Translations under genes and position numbers: made by a program | Notes under the pieces: generated by a model | Seen by the model: only the letters and a program-made list of their open reading frames with translations | Databases searched by the model: none | Told to the model about the DNA's origin: nothing | Shown: positions 50,262 to 59,181 of the stretch, piece after piece | How the letters are laid out: every line of letters begins with the position of its first letter | How positions within the stretch are numbered: position 1 is the stretch's first letter | Origin: a virus | Lineage: Duplodnaviria; Caudoviricetes | Virus record (IMG/VR): IMGVR_UViG_3300037455_000250 | Span: 1 to 64,000 of that record | Length of the DNA: 64,000 bases | Direction: 5' to 3' (one strand)

Positions 50262-50549
50262 TTTTTGCGGTAGAAGAACCGGACGCCATCTCGTTTTACG
50301 CGATACTCTCGTATCTCCCATTCAGAGCCTCTCCTGGTTGAGGGTTATATGCTATTTTCTTCTGGACTTTATTGGGGGTGCGAGCCCTACTGAGGTGCCA
50401 TACTAAGATAGTCAGTTACTCCGAGCGACGTATATTCAGTTGTACTTTTTATTATTCTTATCTTCTTGCTTACATCACTTCTTTCTGTATCTGTATTTCA
50501 ATCTTGCTTTTGTGCTTGATTGATGGCTTCAGTCTAACACTGCAAAAAT

Positions 50550-51000
50550 TACGTTTCTGTTAATAAAATATGAATTTTTAACGTTTAACGATAAATTTTC
50601 ACGATTTTTGTTAATCATTTATGAACAAAAAATTAAGTCAAGAATTTTTTAACAATTTTCTTTGACATTTATTGTTTCCCAATAAAAATTTGTTGTTTTA
50701 CGATATGAATATTTATGCAATTTGATTTATAATATTGTATTCTTTTATGCAATGTTTTATCGTTTTTCGATAAATAAATGAATATTCACTGTATAATGTC
50801 AAATAAAATTTATATGTAAATTTTTTGTAAACTTTATCAGACTAAAGAAAATATTAACAAACTGTTAAAATCAATCTCTTTTGTGTAAACGAATATGAAT
50901 TATTTGTGTCATATATTATGGAATTGTAAAAAGTATCAACCACCGTGTTTTTATATCATGTTTTTGTTGTGCTATTTGTCAAGTATATTTACTTTACAGG
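50550..51000. promoter_or_regulatory. Very AT-rich non-coding divergent control region
   Basis: No credible ORF; many A/T tracts and TTGAC/GTCAA hexamers on both strands. Confidence 0.6.
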
Positions 51001-51179
51001 GCTAATTCGAGTACCAAGCGGGATCTCCTTTGCTCCAGACCGTTTCTTATATTAGCATAGTCTGGCCCTCTCCTACGCGAGGGACACGCAGCCAGAGCGT
51101 TCCAGCCCTATATTGACACGTGAGCAAAACAGAAAACAGATGGCGGGGTGGCGTGGCTGAGCTACGGAGAATTACACGT

Positions 51180-51367
51180 GGACTGTTGTAGATAAAGTAT
51201 GCGATAACGCTGGATATACGTAACCATACATAAAAGTAAGCTGAATGACCTGCTGGATAAACGGAATGAGGACGTGTTTCTGGACGCGTCCTAGGACAGG
51301 AAAAACAAAAATAAAATAGATTTTCAAAGTGGTTGTCTGATTTATGTGGGACTGTTGTAGATAAAGT
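51180..51367 (+). repeat. 19-bp direct repeat GGACTGTTGTAGATAAAGT x2
   Basis: Exact copies at 51180-51198 and 51349-51367. Confidence 0.85.
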
Positions 51368-51377
51368 GTTCAAAGTA

Positions 51378-51406
51378 TTGACTTATATATAGGCAGATGT
51401 TATTTT
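51378..51406 (+). promoter_or_regulatory. Promoter of the morphogenesis arm
   Basis: TTGACT-17-TATTTT with extended TG. Confidence 0.6.
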
Positions 51407-51540
51407 AAGTGTATAAACAAGATATTCATTGTATCGGGGGTCTCTGAAATGGTCCTGAGGACGAGTAAGAACGACGGGTGATTAACAGTTTATCTTATTT
51501 ATATTAGAAAGACAGACAATTAAATATGCGAGGTGTATGT

Positions 51541-51795
51541 ATGGATAATCAAACACTGGCAAGTGAAATGCTACACGAACTTAAGGCAAGTAACCGAAGG
51601 TGGTTTATAGCGTTTATAGTCGTTTTGGTATTATGGTTTGCTACTATAGGTATCTTTATTTGGTATGTGTCTTTGCCGATTGATGAATATACGGTAGACC
51701 AATATGCTGATGGAGATACTAACACTATGATAGGTGTAGGTGACTTAAATGGCTACGCGACAAAGAGTGACACGCAGACGGAGAGCATCCCGTAG
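51541..51795 (+). CDS. Single-TM membrane protein
   Basis: WFIAFIVVLVLWFATIGIFIWYV. Confidence 0.7.
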   Translation: MDNQTLASEMLHELKASNRRWFIAFIVVLVLWFATIGIFIWYVSLPIDEYTVDQYADGDTNTMIGVGDLNGYATKSDTQTESIP

Positions 51796-51811
51796 TCGTA
51801 GGAGAAGATAA
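51749..51811 (+). CDS. 20-aa Arg-rich protamine-like peptide MATRQRVTRRRRASRSRRRR
   Basis: AGGTGA SD 5-6 nt upstream; stop 2 nt before the next ATG. Confidence 0.55.
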   Translation: MATRQRVTRRRRASRSRRRR

Positions 51812-51813
51812 TT

Positions 51814-52134
51814 ATGGGTGCGGGCGCTCAAACTAAAACTATAAAAACTTTGCAGAGGGCTCTCCAGCACGAAGGAGAGTTTATTTTAATCAATACCTCA
51901 CAGTTTTATAGTATTGATAAACATAAAACAGTTACCCGCTATCATATTAAAAAACAAGTTCAATCATTAGATAGTAAGAATAAATCTACTATGGTTGAAC
52001 TCTTTTCATCTTGTTCCCAAATTCAGATAACCCTGTTTTTAAGAGATTATTATTTTGAGATTACAGGACAAGAGATACCTCACGATAATCCTTATTGGGA
52101 GCAGGTTAAAGCAGAATATTTTAAGGAGCACTGA
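51814..52134 (+). CDS. Hypothetical protein
   Basis: AGGAG SD. Confidence 0.65.
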   Translation: MGAGAQTKTIKTLQRALQHEGEFILINTSQFYSIDKHKTVTRYHIKKQVQSLDSKNKSTMVELFSSCSQIQITLFLRDYYFEITGQEIPHDNPYWEQVKAEYFKEH

Positions 52135-52136
52135 AT

Positions 52137-52652
52137 ATGGCACGAGGAAAAAGTGAAGGCAACGCAAAAGGACAAGAGTATAAAATGTCTGTCCGTGAAC
52201 AGAAATTCGTATTGTTTTATCTGGAACACGGTGACGCTACCAAAGCAGTAGTTGACGCCAAATTTAATACTAACGCTCCTAAACAATATGGTAAGAAACT
52301 TCTGGCAAAGCCGAAGATACAAAGAGAGATTGCCAAACAGTGGGAACTGTTTCAAAATGAACGAATTGCAGGCTCACAAGAAATTATGGGCTTTTATACT
52401 GCCGTTATGAGAGGTCAAGTTAAAGACCAATTCGGATTAGAGGCAACTCTCGCAGATAGATTAAAGGCAACTGACTCCCTTGCTAAAAGACAGATTGACG
52501 CCCAGACACTGGCGCAAAAGGGAATTGATAATCAAGTTACGATTAAACTTTGTTGGGATAGAGATAATACAGTTCAAGAGCCCGATATACCTGTAATTGA
52601 TGATGATTACATAGATGATATTCCTGAAGAGGGCGAAGATGGCAACGAGTAA
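52137..52652 (+). CDS. terS: Terminase small subunit
   Basis: REQKFVLFYL..DATKA, LLAKPKI, DRLKA..LAKR. Confidence 0.85.
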   Translation: MARGKSEGNAKGQEYKMSVREQKFVLFYLEHGDATKAVVDAKFNTNAPKQYGKKLLAKPKIQREIAKQWELFQNERIAGSQEIMGFYTAVMRGQVKDQFGLEATLADRLKATDSLAKRQIDAQTLAQKGIDNQVTIKLCWDRDNTVQEPDIPVIDDDYIDDIPEEGEDGNE

Positions 52653-53019
52653 ATGGTTACAAATTGATGGCGTAGAGTATCAAGTGCCAATTGTTGACTT
52701 GCAGAGAAAAGGAGACATTCTTGACCTTACTGCAAATCGTACAGAGGACGGTGTTCTTCATAGAGATGTTATAGGCACATACTATAACTATACACTTAAT
52801 ATTGGTCGTGTACGTGACCAGAGTGTAAATGAGGCACTTTGGTGGGCATTAACTGCTCCTGTAGCAAGCCATCAAGTTCAGTTACCGTATCAACCTGAGC
52901 CTTTTGAAGGATATTTTGGTAGTTGCAAAGATAACATTACGTTGATAGACGCAAACGGACAAAAAACGAAAGGACTGTCTTTTAACTTAATCGCTACAAG
53001 ACCCTCACGCAATGCCTGA
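52639..53019 (+). CDS. Distal-tail (Dit)-like protein located between terS and terL
   Basis: RTEDGVLHRDVIGTYYNY..LTAPVASH...LSFNLIA; pattern I recognise from proteins that normally follow tape measure genes. Confidence 0.6.
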   Translation: MATSKWLQIDGVEYQVPIVDLQRKGDILDLTANRTEDGVLHRDVIGTYYNYTLNIGRVRDQSVNEALWWALTAPVASHQVQLPYQPEPFEGYFGSCKDNITLIDANGQKTKGLSFNLIATRPSRNA

Positions 53020-54271
53020 AATAAATATCAATATACAAGACTGTATTATACCTATGTATGATGAGGTGCTTAAGGACATACTGTCACATAAGCACACTCA
53101 CTATGTGTTTCCTGGAGGAAGAGGTAGTTGTAAATCATCTTTCGTAGGACTCGCTATTCCATTAATCATTGTAAATAATCCACAAGTACACGCCGCTTGT
53201 TTCAGAAAGATAGGAAATACCATTCAAAACTCTATTAGGGCGCAGATTGAGTGGGGAATTAGTAAATTAGGACTGGAAAGTCTGTTCTTAATGCCAAAAT
53301 CATATGCTAATCCTATCGTTTTTAAGCCTACGGGACAGTGTATTCACTTTTTGGGTTTGGATAAACCACAAAAAATCAAATCAATTAAGCCTAAATTCGG
53401 ATATATAGGAGTTACTTGGTTCGAGGAGTTAGACCAATTTGCAGGAGAGAATGAACTTCGTACTGTAACGCAGTCAACAATGAGAGGTGGTTCCACTTAT
53501 TGGGACTTTAGAACTTTCAACCCACCTATTTCAAAGAATAATTGGGCTAATATGTATGCAGAAAAAGCATATAAACGCTCTCCAAGTACAATAGTTACAC
53601 GTAATACTTATTTAGATGTTCCACCGTCTTGGTTAGGTACACAGTTTTTTGAAGAGGCAAACGAACTTAAAGAGATTAACCCGAGAGCGTATGAACACGA
53701 ATATCTTGGAATTGCTACAGGCACAGGCGGTGATGTGTTTGAAAATGCGTGTGAACTTGATATGACGCAGATGATACCAAGGTTTGACCATATTTATAAT
53801 GGAATTGACTGGGGTTTTGCAAGAGACCCTTTCAGATTTGTCCGTATGCACTTTGACGCCAAGAAACTTGATTTGTATATATTTGACGAGTTTACTACTT
53901 ATAAAACCCGTAATGAGGACACTTTCCATAGACTTTATGATGAAGAAAAGAAGATATACAGACAGGAATTAGTTACCGCAGATAGTGCGGAAGAAAAATC
54001 TGTTGCTGATTTTAGAGCCTATGGAGCATTTATTAGACCTGCAAAGAAGGGTCCTGATAGTGTTCGTTATGGAATTAAGTGGTTACAAGGTTTAAGACAT
54101 ATTTATATAGACAAAAATCGTTGTCCAGAGACCTATTATGAGTTTGTCAACTATGAATATGAGAGAGATAAAGACGGAAACTTTATTAGTGCTTATCCTG
54201 ACGCAGATAACCACTCTATTGACGCAGTTAGATACGCTCTGGAGAACTACTGTAATAGACGAGGAAACTAA
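53012..54271 (+). CDS. terL: Terminase large subunit (PBSX/SPP1-like)
   Basis: GGRGSCKS, WFEE, TFNPP, GIDWGF, DSAE, NHSIDAVRY. Confidence 0.95.
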   Translation: MPEININIQDCIIPMYDEVLKDILSHKHTHYVFPGGRGSCKSSFVGLAIPLIIVNNPQVHAACFRKIGNTIQNSIRAQIEWGISKLGLESLFLMPKSYANPIVFKPTGQCIHFLGLDKPQKIKSIKPKFGYIGVTWFEELDQFAGENELRTVTQSTMRGGSTYWDFRTFNPPISKNNWANMYAEKAYKRSPSTIVTRNTYLDVPPSWLGTQFFEEANELKEINPRAYEHEYLGIATGTGGDVFENACELDMTQMIPRFDHIYNGIDWGFARDPFRFVRMHFDAKKLDLYIFDEFTTYKTRNEDTFHRLYDEEKKIYRQELVTADSAEEKSVADFRAYGAFIRPAKKGPDSVRYGIKWLQGLRHIYIDKNRCPETYYEFVNYEYERDKDGNFISAYPDADNHSIDAVRYALENYCNRRGN

Positions 54272-54285
54272 TTTTTCCCGTTTTA

Positions 54286-54314
54286 TTTACTTTCATCTAC
54301 AACTGTTATAAAAT
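54286..54314 (+). promoter_or_regulatory. Promoter, likely giving a leaderless mRNA
   Basis: TTTACT-17-TAAAAT, ATG 6 nt downstream, no SD. Confidence 0.5.
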
Positions 54315-54320
54315 TGTAGT

Positions 54321-54938
54321 ATGAGCGAACATCTTAACTTACTTACTATGGCATTTGACGGTGTTGGCGAATACAGAATACCGCAAATTAAGCCCGTTAC
54401 TGAACTCTATGTGAAAGATTGGATAGGGTTTAACTTCGTTGCGACAACAAAAAAGCAACGAGAAACAACTGGAATACACTTTTATATAGACGATTATCAA
54501 TTTGAGCGTGTTTGGAACTATCCGTGGCGATACTCAAAGACATTTAAAGAATTTGGTGCGATAATGGCACCAAATTTCTCAACTTATCTTGATTTTCCTA
54601 AAGCGGTACGTATATTTAATCAGTATAGGTCATACTGGTGTGGTGCTTATTGGCAAGAAATGGGGGCTATTGTTATACCCTCTGTTGAATGGGGATTGCC
54701 TGAGGATTATGATTGGTGTTTTGACGGTGCGCCAGAAGGCGGAATTGTAGCAGTTTCAAATGTAGGATGTATGCGAGATAAAGAGGCAAGACAGGTTTTT
54801 ATGGATGGATATAAGGAAATGCTTATTCGACTACAACCAAAAGAAGTATTAATGTTTGGTCATTTATTTGACGATTATCCAGGTCCTGTGCATTATATTA
54901 AGTATCAACAAGCAAAAGGCACACAAGGAGACGAATAA
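54321..54938 (+). CDS. DUF4417-like protein
   Basis: IHFYIDDYQFERVWN, PNFS.Y.D.P, VIPSV.W, VAVS. Confidence 0.8.
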   Translation: MSEHLNLLTMAFDGVGEYRIPQIKPVTELYVKDWIGFNFVATTKKQRETTGIHFYIDDYQFERVWNYPWRYSKTFKEFGAIMAPNFSTYLDFPKAVRIFNQYRSYWCGAYWQEMGAIVIPSVEWGLPEDYDWCFDGAPEGGIVAVSNVGCMRDKEARQVFMDGYKEMLIRLQPKEVLMFGHLFDDYPGPVHYIKYQQAKGTQGDE

Positions 54939-54939
54939 T

Positions 54940-55299
54940 ATGGGAAAAGCGAGATATTATGGAATGGCTACGAGGGAAGAGAAACAAGATGTTTCTCGTT
55001 CTGATAGAGGCGCAAGAGTATATGGAGGGGGTCCCTTGACGTATTCTGCGGTAGTTACTGCAATCCTTAATTATAAAGATACACACCCGAATTTTGATAA
55101 TTTAACTACTACTGCGGCTGCCAGTGCAATCGCAAAAGAGTTAAAAGACACGGGAAAATATGGCAGTGTGTCCGCATCGGGTTCAAGAATTAAAGGAGAA
55201 GGGTATTCTATTGCTCTTACAAAGGGCGGGAGTACAGGCGGTATGATAGTTGCGAGTAAGGCCTCCGAACAAATCAATACCGATAAGAAAAAGAAGTGA
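54940..55299 (+). CDS. Hypothetical basic protein
   Basis: AAGGAG SD. Confidence 0.55.
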   Translation: MGKARYYGMATREEKQDVSRSDRGARVYGGGPLTYSAVVTAILNYKDTHPNFDNLTTTAAASAIAKELKDTGKYGSVSASGSRIKGEGYSIALTKGGSTGGMIVASKASEQINTDKKKK

Positions 55300-55307
55300 G
55301 GCGAAAT

Positions 55308-57083
55308 ATGAGTTTATGGAGTACAATAACCGATAGAGTAAAGGGGATATTTAATAAAATGTTTGGCAAATCAACGATAGAAGAAGTATTACACATTACT
55401 CCTGCAATTTCTGACAAGATGTTCAATGCGATTAATCTTTGGACAAAAATGTATGAAGGAAATGCTCCGTGGTTAAAAGCACCTACTGAGGAAGACCCGA
55501 GTTGTGTTAAATCTCTCGGTTTGCCTCAGTTGATTGCGTGTGAAAAAACCAGAACGGCTCTTATTGAGTTTGAAAGTGAAATCACTACGCCAATTAAAGA
55601 TATTAAACCCGCTACTCCTAATTATATGGACAATCGTAATATAGGTACAGACGGAAAACCTCAACCAATGATTGCTAATCACGTAATTCCAGAAGATGTG
55701 CCTAAAGGGTCTACTGATAGGGCAGAGTTTCTTAATAACCAGTACGCTAAACTTAAAGACGCTTTGCGTGTTCAGATTGAATATGGTATTGCGAAAGGCG
55801 GATTAGTAATTAAACCTTATCCTGTAAAACATAACATAGACATACAACAAACAAATATGCTCACAGGAAAAGTTATACAAAAAGACACTACAAACCCCTG
55901 GACAATAGAATTTGATTATATTCAGGCAAGTGACTTTTATCCTCTCGCGTTTGACGCAAGTGGAAAGATAACAGAGGCGGCATTTGTTGAGCGTAAGATG
56001 GATAAAGGCATTGTATATAGTCGTGTAGAGTATCATAAACTGACAGAAACGGGTATAACTGTCATTAATAAAGCATTTAAGACAAAAGTAGTAGATGGCA
56101 GAGCAGACCAAGATTATTTAGGAGAAGAAATCAAACTGAGTGAAGTGCCTGAGTGGGCAGGTTTTTCCGAAGAAACAACCGTTGCAGGTGTAAATCGTTT
56201 ACTTTTTGCATACTTTAAAATGCCCGAGGCTAATACGATTGATACTCATTCTCCTCTCGGCGTAAGCGGTTTTGATAAAGTAAAAGGACTTATCGAGGAG
56301 GCTGACAAACAATATTCTCGTATGCTTTGGGAATTTGAAGGCGGTGAACTTGCTATTGATATTGATAGACAGGCATTGAGATGGTTGGAAGACCCAGATA
56401 ATCCCGATAAAGGACATTCAGTTATGGGTACACTTCAACAAAGATTATATCGTAAAGTAGACCTTAATGAGGATAATACTTATAATGTATTTTCTCCTGC
56501 TTTGCGTGACCAATCCCTTATTAATGGACTTAATTGTCTGTTAATGAGAATTGAAGATGGTGCGGGTATCTCTCGTGGTACTCTGTCTGATGTTACAACT
56601 GAGGCAAAGACGGCTACTGAATTAAGGATGTTGCGTATTCGTAGTTATGAGACCAACGCACATATTCAAAAGGCAATCCAACACGCATTAGAGGATGCGA
56701 TTTATGTTATGAACGCTTATTGTGATTTGTATGATATTACACCTGATGGTGAGTATGAAGTTTCTTACGAATGGGATGATAGTATCATCAATGATAGTGA
56801 TACCGAACTTACTAAGAGGATGATATTGGTTCAAAATGGAATTGCGTCTAAACTCGAAACTCGTATGTGGTATTTTGGTGAAACAGAAAATCAAGCAAGA
56901 GAGGCATTACGCCGGGTTCAGGTTGAAAGTATGGAAAGCGTTGAACAGAATATCGCAGAAATGCAAATGATGGGACAACCTCCAGAAAGTAAAAAAGAGG
57001 AAAGTCCGAAAGACCAAAACAAAAATAGTAACACTAACTCCGCAAACAACTTTAAGAGTGGCGATAACCAATATAGTGAATAA
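55308..57083 (+). CDS. Portal protein (SPP1/A118-like)
   Basis: PLGVS, EFEGGE, KTATE, WDDSII motifs; position after terL. Confidence 0.9.
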   Translation: MSLWSTITDRVKGIFNKMFGKSTIEEVLHITPAISDKMFNAINLWTKMYEGNAPWLKAPTEEDPSCVKSLGLPQLIACEKTRTALIEFESEITTPIKDIKPATPNYMDNRNIGTDGKPQPMIANHVIPEDVPKGSTDRAEFLNNQYAKLKDALRVQIEYGIAKGGLVIKPYPVKHNIDIQQTNMLTGKVIQKDTTNPWTIEFDYIQASDFYPLAFDASGKITEAAFVERKMDKGIVYSRVEYHKLTETGITVINKAFKTKVVDGRADQDYLGEEIKLSEVPEWAGFSEETTVAGVNRLLFAYFKMPEANTIDTHSPLGVSGFDKVKGLIEEADKQYSRMLWEFEGGELAIDIDRQALRWLEDPDNPDKGHSVMGTLQQRLYRKVDLNEDNTYNVFSPALRDQSLINGLNCLLMRIEDGAGISRGTLSDVTTEAKTATELRMLRIRSYETNAHIQKAIQHALEDAIYVMNAYCDLYDITPDGEYEVSYEWDDSIINDSDTELTKRMILVQNGIASKLETRMWYFGETENQAREALRRVQVESMESVEQNIAEMQMMGQPPESKKEESPKDQNKNSNTNSANNFKSGDNQYSE

Positions 57084-58270
57084 TGCTTACTGACGAACAA
57101 ATTGAGCAGATTTTATATAAGTATACCAGTCGGCAAGACGAATTTAATCTCTCCGTAATAACTGTAATTGCGGAGAGATTATCTAAACTTGCCGATTTTG
57201 ATAGTCTCTCCACTTTAAGTGGCTCAACAACCGTGATTTCAGATATTGCGGAAATGAACGATATTCATAAAAAATATATCAAAAAACAGAAAAAAGCCCT
57301 TGAAGAAGATTTTTGGTGGATTGCTTTTTTACTTTATGCAGAGGCATTAGGGTTTTATGATGTTCAATTATCTATTCGAGAAAACACGGAAGTATATAAC
57401 GCAGTTGTGAAAGCAATAAAAGAGGCGCAAACAAAATTAGAGGAAGTTGTTAAATATCCTGTTTTTGTTATTCGTGATTTAAAAAATCCCGCTATCCTTA
57501 AAGCATATAATTTTGAAAAAACTTATAGGTCTGTTATCACAGAGGCATTTAATTATCGTAATGTGTCGAAAGAACTTCAAAGCATAGCGTTAAAACGCAC
57601 GGAAATGCAGTTATTTGATAGTGGCGTACACTATATGATAGATAACTCATCTGACAGTGCAAAAGACGCTAAAAACGCAAATCTCGCAGTTAGGTTTAAT
57701 GTGCTTGATAGTATGAAAAATTTGATAAATACAATGCAAGATATTATGGGTAACCAGTTTGGCGCAGATGGTCTCGAATTATCCGCTCATATTTTTCCTG
57801 CTCCTGACCATGCACCGGCACAAGGACACCAGTTTACATTTGAAGAAGTAGAAAAAATGCAAAATGGAGAAGATTTTAAAGATGTTACAGGACGAGAGTA
57901 TGTGGGGTTTGTTCGTAATATCGGAGAATGGAACTGTCGCCATTATTTTATGCAGATAAAATTAGGGGCTAAACCGGAACACTCTCAAAAAGAGTTAGAT
58001 AAAATACTGGAAGAAAATGAACGAGGATATACTGACGAAAACGGAAAACACCGAACATTATACGAGTGTACTCAGGTTCAGCGTAGATATGAACGAGAAA
58101 TCAGGTACGCTAAACAAAAATATTTATATGGTAAAGCATTAAATGATACCAGTATAATGTCCGCGGCCCGTAACAGAGTGGGAAAATTAACCACTCAATA
58201 CAAACAGTTTAGTAAGAACTGCAATATACCAGCACAGTTAGAGCGAATACGTGTCAATGGTTACCAATAA
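57083..58270 (+). CDS. Minor capsid / head morphogenesis protein
   Basis: SAH..PAPDHAPAQG, NCRH, QRRYER.IR. Confidence 0.85.
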   Translation: MLTDEQIEQILYKYTSRQDEFNLSVITVIAERLSKLADFDSLSTLSGSTTVISDIAEMNDIHKKYIKKQKKALEEDFWWIAFLLYAEALGFYDVQLSIRENTEVYNAVVKAIKEAQTKLEEVVKYPVFVIRDLKNPAILKAYNFEKTYRSVITEAFNYRNVSKELQSIALKRTEMQLFDSGVHYMIDNSSDSAKDAKNANLAVRFNVLDSMKNLINTMQDIMGNQFGADGLELSAHIFPAPDHAPAQGHQFTFEEVEKMQNGEDFKDVTGREYVGFVRNIGEWNCRHYFMQIKLGAKPEHSQKELDKILEENERGYTDENGKHRTLYECTQVQRRYEREIRYAKQKYLYGKALNDTSIMSAARNRVGKLTTQYKQFSKNCNIPAQLERIRVNGYQ

Positions 58271-58273
58271 TCG

Positions 58274-58302
58274 TTGACGCTAAAAGGATTATATATTATA
58301 AT
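58274..58302 (+). promoter_or_regulatory. SigA-type promoter for scaffold/capsid genes
   Basis: TTGACG-17-TATAAT. Confidence 0.75.
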
Positions 58303-58475
58303 ATTGTAAATTAAGGATAATTATTACCTTAATTTAGGTTCTTCAAAATAATTACGGCGATAAGTCGTGTTATATAGTCACGCCAAGACGCTTAAAATGG
58401 CACAATCCACGCAGACCGCGCCTGCGACATTATAAATTAAGCGGATATAAAAGATTGTTTTAGGAGGACTTTTTC

Positions 58476-59153
58476 GTGAACATTAAGGACATTTTCGACA
58501 AATCAGAAACAGGCTCAATGACTTATGCAGAGTTCGAGGCCGCACTTAAGGATAGTGGTGCGAAGTTCGCGGACTTATCCGAGGGCAAGTATGTAAGCAA
58601 GTCAAAGTATGATGATGATATTAAGGCAAAAGATGGTTCTATTGAAGAACTGAATGCCACTATCACACAAAGAGATACAGACCTTGCTGACTTAAAGGGA
58701 AAACTTGCAGAGGCTGGCACAGACGCAACGAAGTTATCAGAACTCCAAACGAATTTTGATAACCTGCAGAGCAAGTACACAACCGATATGCAAGAATATC
58801 AACAGAAACTTGCTGACCAGAAGTACGAATTTGCGGTAAAAGAATACGCAAACGGCAAAGAATTTACCAGTCAAGCCGCAAAGAGAGATTTTATTAGGTC
58901 TCTTATGAGTGAAAAGTTGAAGATGAAAAACGACACAATCATTGGTGCAGATGATTTCGCTAACACTTATGCTACAGAAAATGCAGACGCATTTAAACCT
59001 GTAGAGCAAACAGAAACCACACCTGCACAACAGACAGTCGCTAACAAACCGCAGTTCGTGGGCGCAACACCGGGAACCCAAGAACAAAAAAAGCCGTCAT
59101 TATCCGATATGATGAGAGCGGCAAATGAAAATCCTGGTGCAAACTCTTATTAA
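58476..59153 (+). CDS. Capsid scaffolding protein (GP20-like)
   Basis: GKYVSKSKY, long coiled coil, directly upstream of the capsid gene. Confidence 0.85.
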   Translation: MNIKDIFDKSETGSMTYAEFEAALKDSGAKFADLSEGKYVSKSKYDDDIKAKDGSIEELNATITQRDTDLADLKGKLAEAGTDATKLSELQTNFDNLQSKYTTDMQEYQQKLADQKYEFAVKEYANGKEFTSQAAKRDFIRSLMSEKLKMKNDTIIGADDFANTYATENADAFKPVEQTETTPAQQTVANKPQFVGATPGTQEQKKPSLSDMMRAANENPGANSY

Positions 59154-59181
59154 TAAATACTAAAGAAGGAGAAAAGAATTT

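Noticed and set aside
51180-51367. Cas12a-like CRISPR mini-array or repeat mimic (ACTGTTGTAGAT matches the 3' end of type V-A repeats)
   Set aside because: The 5' TTCTAC stem arm is missing, there are only two copies 150 nt apart, and no cas genes; better explained by the 13-bp motif family
51455-51480. Hammerhead ribozyme core (CTGAGGA)
   Set aside because: No GAAA after a credible stem II and no stems I/III
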